64,000 nt of DNA from Eledone cirrhosa (taxonomy: Eukaryota). A program made the translations under genes and the position numbers. Positions 55,503 to 64,000 of the stretch are shown here, in pieces. The notes beneath the pieces are model-generated. The model saw only the letters and a list, made by a program, of their open reading frames with translations, was not told where the DNA came from and ran no database searches. How positions within the stretch are numbered: position 1 is the stretch's first letter; the number at the start of each line of letters is the position of its first letter. Location of the stretch: the NCBI GenBank assembly GCA_964016885.1, contig OZ024743.1:276768001-276832000 (forward strand), given 5' to 3'.

Positions 55503-55643
55503 GCACCTTATTTTATCGATCCCGTAAGGATAAAAGGCAAAGTTAACTCCGGCGAGACCTGAATTCAGATTTCAAAGTACCCGGAACAAGTACTAGAATA
55601 AATTTTATCCTATGCTCTAACGACTTTGACATTTGCCGCCTTC
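55503..55643 (-). mobile_element. SINE family A (degenerate)
   Basis: ttattttatcgatcccgtaaggataaaaggcaaagttaac core. Confidence 0.7.
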
Positions 55644-56808
55644 TAAAAAATATATCTATTTCCAAACCTAGTATCAAATAATGATGAGATAATTCGAATT
55701 ATACACACAACAGTGCTTTTCGTCAGTCTTTTCCAAGTGGACATAAAAGCTGAAAACCTATCTTATCAGAGGAACTACAGTAGTGTACACGTCAATGCTA
55801 TTTCATGAGGCATTAGCAACATAAGTGAAATGAAACACTTCCATTCGGAGATCGAACCCAAATACAATCGTCATCTAGGCTTTAATTCCTCGCTAACTTA
55901 CTGAGATAATTCGAATTATACCCAAGAGTGATTTTTCAACAGCTTTATCCAAGTAGGTATGAAAGCCAAACACCACTTATCAGTGATGGCGCCTGGGTAT
56001 TTAGCATGTTAAGCTAACTCTACAATGTGTCTGCTCTTCTTCACTTGATACGTCTCATTCTCCAAATAAATTAAATTCAACTTACAGTTTGGCAAGCTGA
56101 CAAATCTAGTTTGTGACACTTCTTGCTCTCTCAACTACTTTGAATATTTCCACAACGCTGATACGCAACAAAAATGTTTAGAGATATATTTATTGATAAC
56201 AAGACATTATATATATTTAGTTTAATTATACAAATTTGTATAAAACTGATGCTTTAAGGTTCGGTAATGCGCCTGTTTGAGGTGGATGCCTTAGGAGAAA
56301 AGCTATCGTAGTATTCACATCAATGTTATTTCCGGGGTACATTAGCAACGAAAAATTAAATGAAATATTTCCAAAGGGATATCGAACCTAAATCCAATTG
56401 TGATCTTGGTTTTCAAACTCTGCTAACATACTACTGAATCAGGTCGTGATTTCTCATTATATTTTCGATAGGGCCAACGATAAGTTAGCAGTGAGACATA
56501 TTAAAAAGTATCTTATATCTTGGCACGGAGACTCAAGGAAATTGATAACATAAATCAAGACATTATAGGAGAAAAGAAAGAATGAGAGTAACAAAATGAA
56601 ATAATATAATATAAATATATATATATAAATATTAAAAGAATAATTCGGTAAAAGACGAAAAAAAAAGGAGAAGTGTGGCAATATATAATAATATATAATG
56701 TAAAAAAAATATGACTATGAAGATAAGACTTTTGTTAGAAACTACTGGAGAAGAAACTCTCAAGAGAAAGTGGCTGCAGACATACACCCCCACCGCCAAC
56801 AAATACAT

Positions 56809-56850
<42 letters not shown>

Positions 56851-56865
56851 ATGTATATGTGTATG

Positions 56866-56897
<32 letters not shown>

Positions 56898-57050
56898 TGT
56901 ATGTATGTATGTATGTATGTATGTATGTGTTGAAGTGTGGCATTCTTTAAAAATAAATATGTAATTGGCACCTGAAACATTGACAGACATACAAATACTC
57001 ACACACAAAAACCACGTACACACACCTCACACACACGCCAACACACACGC

Positions 57051-57116
<66 letters not shown>

Positions 57117-57681
57117 TTATATATACATATATATATATATACACGGGCGCGCGAAATACATAAAACACTATTACAAACAAGAGAAAAAAATGGCCGCCTC
57201 CCGCTCCCTTCTGCCACCAACATCGTCTCTATGACTCTGTCAAAGACAAGGTGTTACAATACAACAACTAAAGGCAAATACTTTTATGTGAAAGATGACT
57301 TGACACTAGAGAATATAGACTTATTCTATTAACATTTATTATTTGGCTATCAACGTTGACTTTACTCATAATGATGGTGAGGATAGTGATGGTTATAATG
57401 GTGTTAGTAGTAGTAGTAGTAGTGGTGGTGGTGTTGGTAACAATGGTGATGATGATAGTGGTTGTGGTGTTGCTTATGGTGATAATAATGATGTGGATCA
57501 CAATGTACTTGGTTTTTTCTTCTTTTACCCCTCCTCTCTCTCTCCTCCCCATCTGCACCATTCCCCTCCCCCACAAGCATAAACCCTGCCTAACCCTATA
57601 ACCCCAAATCTCGCTCCTCCCATATCTTACTCTCTTTCACCATGTCTTCTCTCTCTCTACTTCTGTCTCTCTCTCTCTCTC

Positions 57682-57838
<157 letters not shown>

Positions 57839-58437
57839 ACATATACATATGTATATTTCGCTCTTTAAATGTCTACCTCTCTCTTCGCCACATTTCTCTC
57901 TAGCCAAATTTTCTCTTTCTGAACTATGAGCGTTTTTTTCTCGATGATTAATAAAATTTCGAACATGCAGTGAAACATCCTCGAGAGAGAGGATTATCAC
58001 GTGGTATAATGGTCACAGAAGGTTGGTAAATGCTGGATGTTTGGCGAGAAATATATTTGCTAGAAGAAGCAGGCAGTACCCACCTAATTTCACTCAACCG
58101 TAAGGGAGTTGGGACAAAATAATATAATACACATACATATAGATACATAAGTATAAACACATACATAAATGTATATATATATATGTGGTGTCCTTCCTTT
58201 ACCAGTTTTACTCAATGACCGAGAGAATGAAATAATAAGTTAATCGGAGCTATATAATAATTATAAATGCGAAGAGAAAATAAACAAAATATACCTAATT
58301 TTTTTTTCAAAGTCCCGACTGTACAGTTTGCCGAGTGGTATGCAGCCAGATTGCTACTAAAGTGCACCCTCAATGAAAGGGCGAATTCTTGAACTGACCG
58401 CTACCTGTGAAAAATCCTCGGGAGGGAGAATTATGTG

Positions 58438-58470
<33 letters not shown>

Positions 58471-58473
<3 letters not shown>

Positions 58474-59839
58474 TATAAAGCTGACGGCCGTAAGTAGGTA
58501 ACACATTTTCCGCCAAACGGCTGAACCAAACTGCACCAAATTTGCACCATAGATGTAACTTTTTCCAAGTAAAAAAGTGAGGTTACTTTTTGTCTACTGA
58601 ATTTTGTTAAAAGATTAAAGAGATTATTTAAATATTCACTTCTTTAAAATTTCAAATGTCAACACTTCCGGTTATACGTCATTCCTCACTTTTTCTTATG
58701 ACGTCGCACAATATTTCCCTCTTTTTCTTAGTCTGCCTTTTTAGATAGATACATAGCTATAACGTAGCGTCCTTATAATATGTCTCTGTATGTCTGGCTG
58801 TCTGCATTAGATAACGTTTTTCGAAATATTTACTTCTGCGTTCACAGACGGATTTTTTTAGTTTCAGAAGATCAAGTTAAGGGTGAAAGCAGCAATTCTT
58901 TGCTTAAACTTTCATCTGTTATTTTAATATATATATTCGTGTACAGATAATTTTGCATACACAAAAACAAGAGCCTATTTATTTCACGAAAGCACAGACG
59001 GCTTATTGTCATTGTTACTGTTCGAGGTTAGAGGACCACAGTCTTTCCAAGATCTGAGAACCATCAATGTTCCACTTACCGTTTGGCTTGCCAGATGCGT
59101 ATGTTACAGATGGTATGTTACACGATGACAGCCATTGGCACACCACCCTGCAAGAAGCAGCAACTTCTAAAGTCCCTTCTCAGCTGCGGAAAAACGTTTT
59201 GCTATTATGGTGCACAACTGCGATCTCGCTGACCCTCTCGCACTGTGGAACAACCACCGCGAAAGTCTAGCTGAGGACATCCTCCACTCCACACGCAGAC
59301 ACAATCCAAACGTAACATACGATGTCGTTTTCAATGAGGCGCTCATTTGTCTTAAAAACAGTGTCCTGGAGATTGGTGGTAGGCCTCTAAGTCACTACAG
59401 CTTACCTGCTCCTGACAGGAGTGTCCAGAGGTCAACGTCTACAGAGCTTCTCCGCGATAGGGTGAGCTATCCAAACAATCTCTTCATCTTTGCTACGGAG
59501 GGCCGAACAAAAAATATTGTATACTCTGAGACTCTAACAATGTAATTTAAATATTTTCTTGGAATTTCCATTATGGTTGTACAAATTATTGTTTGTTAAA
59601 AAATTTGTTCTCAGTTCAGCCTTTATTGTTGTAACTATAAATTTTCATTAACGTACTGGCTACTGAACTGGGGAATCCTAAAAACTATTCAAACCCAACA
59701 TCAGAGCACGTTACCCCCTCCCCCTATCCTCGCTGACTTGAGAAGGCGTGCTGTATCTTTGCACTGGAGTGTAGGGGGATTCGTGAAAAGATAAAATGCC
59801 GGTATACCTAGCCGAGCGCCAGCCGGACGGGCCAGCTAG
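58471..59839 (+). mobile_element. Internally deleted Helitron
   Basis: Coding remnants GPQSFQDLRT, LHDDSHWHTTLQEAA, LWNNHRESLAEDIL, FNEAL, TKNIVYSETL; 3' GC-rich hairpin-like tract and CTAG|T. Confidence 0.85.
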
Positions 59840-60857
59840 TATATATATATATATATATTATTTCACCAGTAAACGTCGTTTCGTTATAACATCTATGAGA
59901 ACAACTGCCGAATAAATATCTGTAAATTGTATGACATTCATGAAATAATGTGATACGGAAATGTCGAAAGAACGATGTATGTACAGGACCTTTGATCCCT
60001 TAAGCTTGAGACTGGTGGTGACTTGGACTTGTAAGGCTTAACATATATTAAATGTAGCAATTATTGCACAGAAATTGTCTTTTGATCATTTTTTAAATGC
60101 AAACATATATACAAATAATTTCATTTTATTTTACGATCGTCATCTAGGATAAAATCTTGATATATCTACTCCTACTTTATAGAGATGTACTTCTTTAAGG
60201 TACGAACATATTTAAAATACAAAGTAAGCAATTTAAAATGTAATGAAGGTAATTGTATTTAACTGTCACAAATAAAACTACTGGGATTGTCTTTCACTAA
60301 AAAGCTTAAAATACTCGTATCTCTACATTCTTTGATGTTTTCCACTTGTGAGTTTTCTTTTCTGGTGTCCGTTTAGATATGAAATGAAATAGGAACTCTA
60401 TATTTTGATGTTTAATATTATTTCAGTTTGGATTTCGAAGTCGAGTGATATTTTTGTGGCTACGAATATCCCGTAGGAGCTTAAATTTTGTTCATGTAAT
60501 TGAATCTATGGTAACATTGATTTCATTTTACATACTTCTCCGTAAAGTCACACATTTCCCAAACTAATCAACAACGTTAGGCGAGGATATACTGTGTGGG
60601 AACATTAGAAATTCATATTACCGTGAGTCTCTCTCTCTCTATATAAAACACCGGACTATGTCAATCATCCCTCCGTTCGGTTTCCATAAAGTAGGTACCA
60701 TGGCCTAATTAGTTTAAAACTGGTATAATCTCTCCCCCCCCTCTCTCTCTTTCTCTCTCTCATACATACATACATACATACAAACATACATATACGTAAG
60801 TATGTAAATACTTAAATAGATATTCATGAAAAAATATACCATCTTTAACACAGATGA

Positions 60858-60948
<91 letters not shown>

Positions 60949-61200
60949 CTCTCTCTCTCTTTCTCTCTCTCACCCCCCATCTCTCTCTCGCTCAGAACCT
61001 TTTAGTGCAATATGAAGAGTAGTACTGTCTTAGCACTTGAAGCTACAAGAGCGTTCTGTAGATAACCGATGAGCAGGAAATCCCCGTCCGTCCTTTTCCA
61101 AGTTTTCAGTATAGTTCGTTTGTCCAATGTGTTATATCATTGTCCTAACCGACACAACCTATTCCGATACATCACCTAGTTGTTTACTATTGCCTCCCCC

Positions 61201-61333
<133 letters not shown>

Positions 61334-61729
61334 GACGTAAAATAAGAAAATTATAAAATTAACTTACTTACTAAAATATCACTTCCAACTAATTAGTTTC
61401 TGGAATGGAGTAAATATATTTTCCGAAGAAAATACAGAGAATCATTCCGTCGTCATGGAAGACTATTCTCATCTAAGTATCCAGGCAAAGCGTGGACTCT
61501 GGAAACTTATTAAAAAATAATTCAGTGGATAGAAAATAGCAAAGCGTGGACTGAATCCCTAGCCATTGAGAAAATCACTGCCTCTGCGTCGGTGGCAAAT
61601 TCAAAAAGAATCAATCACGTGACATCGAGGTCAATCAGTGGAAAGTGGTTTGCTAATAAGACAGCGGCCTGCCTGCTACCATAGCAGCAGTCATGACCAA
61701 TATTGCTCGACAAATAATTTGGAGATAAT

Positions 61730-61978
61730 TATAAAGAATTAATATCTAGTAACATATATATACATACAGATGCATATCAATGCTAGCAAATATATAGGTT
61801 TTGTCTTAGTAACTTTGTGGTTCAATGCATTTATAATTTTCTTATTTTACGTCCCTCATATTATTGTTCTGCAACCCCATGCATTGAACCACAAAGTTAC
61901 TAAGACAAAACCTATATATTTGCTAGCATTGATATGCATCTGTATGTATATATATGTTACTAGATATTAATTCTTTAT
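61730..61978. repeat. Apparently perfect inverted repeat (~100-bp arms, ~50-bp spacer)
   Basis: ataaagaattaatatctagtaac...ggttcaatgcat / atgcattgaacc...gttactagatattaattctttat. Confidence 0.92.
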
Positions 61979-62039
61979 ATATATATATATATATATAATG
62001 ATATTAAATAAATGGAAACTATATTTATAAAACCATATT

Positions 62040-62100
62040 TATTTTATTATATATATTTCAAGGGCACCAAAACTTTGGTAGGCTCTCATCAGATAAAATA
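62040..62100 (-). ncRNA. Type I hammerhead ribozyme with intact core
   Basis: UAUUUUAU-CUGAUGA-GAGccUACCAAA(gu)UUUGGUGccCUU-GAAA-UAUAUA-UA-AUAAAAUA: 8-bp stem I, interrupted stem II, palindromic stem III. Confidence 0.7.
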
Positions 62101-62229
62101 CAAAGGTTGTTTTATAAACATTGACATAACCAGGAAGAAGATTTTAACGGTTCAAGTTTTTCCTGGATAGTCTGTATATATATATATATATATGTATGTA
62201 AAAGGTAAACAGAAATAACAACACAATCG

Positions 62230-62368
62230 GTACAGTATATGGAAGGGATAGCAGGAAGGGATAGCAGTACAGTATATGGAAGGGATAGCAGGAAGGGATA
62301 GCAGTACAGTATATGGAAGGGATAGCAGGAAGGGATAGCAGTACAGTATATGGAAGGGATAGCAGGAA
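62230..62368. repeat. 37-bp tandem repeat (~3.7 copies) within a Penelope-like terminal repeat
   Basis: gtacagtatatggaagggatagcaggaagggatagca starts at 62230, 62267, 62304 and 62341. Confidence 0.9.
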
Positions 62369-62373
62369 GAAGG

Positions 62374-62409
62374 TCTTAACGTTACGGACGCTAGTCCTTC
62401 ATCAGAAGA
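62374..62409 (-). ncRNA. Minimal hammerhead motif (GAAA to GUAA mutated) downstream of the Penelope ORF
   Basis: UCUU-CUGAUGA-A-GGAC(UAGC)GUCC-GUAA-CG-UU-AAGA. Confidence 0.65.
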
Positions 62410-62635
62410 AAGAATGAGAAATAAGATAGATTGAGGAGACGAGCGGGTTGGAATTGGAAAAAATGTCTTTAGATGAAAATAACAGATCCATTCATGTTGA
62501 CATCTCTTGCAAAACTGTTGGTGCTGGAGTTTTGTGTACGATTTATTTTTTAGAAAAGCGGATGATGGAGCGCGTCTACCTGAAATGGAAAAAAAACGTT
62601 TTGTAAAAGGAGCTATACGTGTGCACGTGCGTAAG

Positions 62636-62731
<96 letters not shown>

Positions 62732-62974
62732 ACGATCGTACGAAGCTAAGAAGCAATGTGTGTGTATATGTGAGTAAAAGAGTGGGTGTGCATGTAAGTA
62801 CGAAGCTATGAGCAAAAGTATGTTAATATAAGGGTGCGTATATGTGTATACAGAGCAGTGAAGGGAAAAGTGGAGTGAGCATATATAGTCGGCATGTATT
62901 AGTTTTAAGAGAAGATGTTAATGATCAAGAGAAAGCGATAGGAATCTAGGGGTGTGATAATGCACGGGGTATTA

Positions 62975-63780
62975 AAGAAATTGGGGAGGTGAGTTGAGTC
63001 CAAGAGGGGAATAGGACCCAAGGCAGTGAATCAGACTTGTTCAGTCCTGGTGCACGAGGCCTGTGATCTATGATGTAAAAGGACACACAGGACTGAAACA
63101 TGTAGGGAAGAATGACCAGGGGAACAGAAATGACGGGCGACAGGAGTATCCAAACCGAGTCGTATGTCCCTCAAATGCTCGGCAAAACAGTCCGCCATAC
63201 GGCGTCCCGTTTGTCCGATATATAAAGACCCGCAAAGGGAACACCGGAGGGCATAAACAACGGGGATGGATGTGCAGACGAACGATTGGCGGATACAGAA
63301 AGACCAGTTAGGGCTTGTAAGAGTGGTGAGGGTGGAAATGAAGAGATAAGTGTTGCATCGGGAACGGGAACAAGGATGAGAGCCGGGTGGAGTCGTGGGA
63401 GAGGACGAGAAGGAACTGCGAACCAGGAGGCCGCGAAGGTTGCGGGCGCGCTTAAAAGCAGCAATGGGTGGGTTTGGAAAAAAGTGACGGGGTCAGAAGA
63501 GAAGATGCGGAAGGATCGGAGGATATGTCGCCGGAGTGGTAGGGTGATGTGGTGGTAGGTGAGAGGGAAAGGAACGCGGGTGTGTGGGGGGGGGGGGGGG
63601 GGAGGGCTGTGGTGTGGTCTGTTTCACGGGCGCGGGTGAGAGCAGCTTGGATCAGGGTGGGGGGGATATCCACGCTGGATGAAGCAGGAAACGATGCGAA
63701 GGGAATGGGTTTCGAAATCGTCATATCCCTCTCTCATACGTCATTCTTCCTTCTATGTCTCTTACTACAGTTTTGACATC
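62975..63780 (-). pseudogene. Penelope-like element ORF C-terminus with GIY-YIG endonuclease
   Basis: A minus-strand frame missed by the ORF track reads FCIRQSFVCTSIPVVYALRCSLCGSLYIGQTGRRMADCFAEHLRDIRLGLDTPVARHFCS, preceded by a Cys-containing linker. Confidence 0.85.
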
Positions 63781-63927
63781 TCTCTCTCTCAACGTATTTT
63801 CCTCTTTCTGTCTTCTTCAGCCTCAACCTGTTATCTTTCAACCTTCCCATCATGCTACACGCTGCGTCCTTTTGAAACCCGACACTTGAAATGGTAAGTT
63901 CACTTCGTATTATCTCTTAGTACAATA

Positions 63928-64000
63928 AGGGCGGTGGATTGGCAGTATCGGTAGAGGGTCGAACGCCATGCTTCCCAGCATAGTTACGTCTCTTTACAGT
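63928..64000 (+). mobile_element. SINE family A head, cut by the window end
   Basis: gggcggtggattggcagtatcggtagagggtcgaacgccatgc. Confidence 0.8.

Noticed and set aside
62230-62368. CRISPR-like 37-bp periodicity
   Set aside because: No unique spacers, no cas genes and a eukaryotic context; it is a simple tandem expansion.

Overview
AT-rich, repeat-saturated eukaryotic DNA, most likely intronic or intergenic sequence from a mollusc. The microsatellite density, SINE families and TTAGGG arrays suggest Octopus; this is inference. No intact host gene can be demonstrated, and most ORFs in the track are translations of microsatellites. Recognisable content: two large triplet-based satellites (1-2426 and 33316-40005), three Helitrons (one with a frameshifted Rep-Pif1 helicase), two R4/Dong-like RLE retrotransposons, RTE-like LINE ends with C2H2 zinc fingers, Tx1/L1-like fragments, mariner fragments, many tRNA-derived SINEs, interstitial telomeric repeats and a Penelope-like GIY-YIG remnant. 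The most notable signal is a dispersed set of type I hammerhead ribozyme motifs, one family showing compensatory stem II changes. They are tied to Penelope-like ends and fold-back inverted repeats inserted in (TA)n. Also notable: retroelement families that appear to partition microsatellite targets by motif and strand, and a possible mucin-like exon within the first satellite. Coordinates were read by eye and element ends are approximate.
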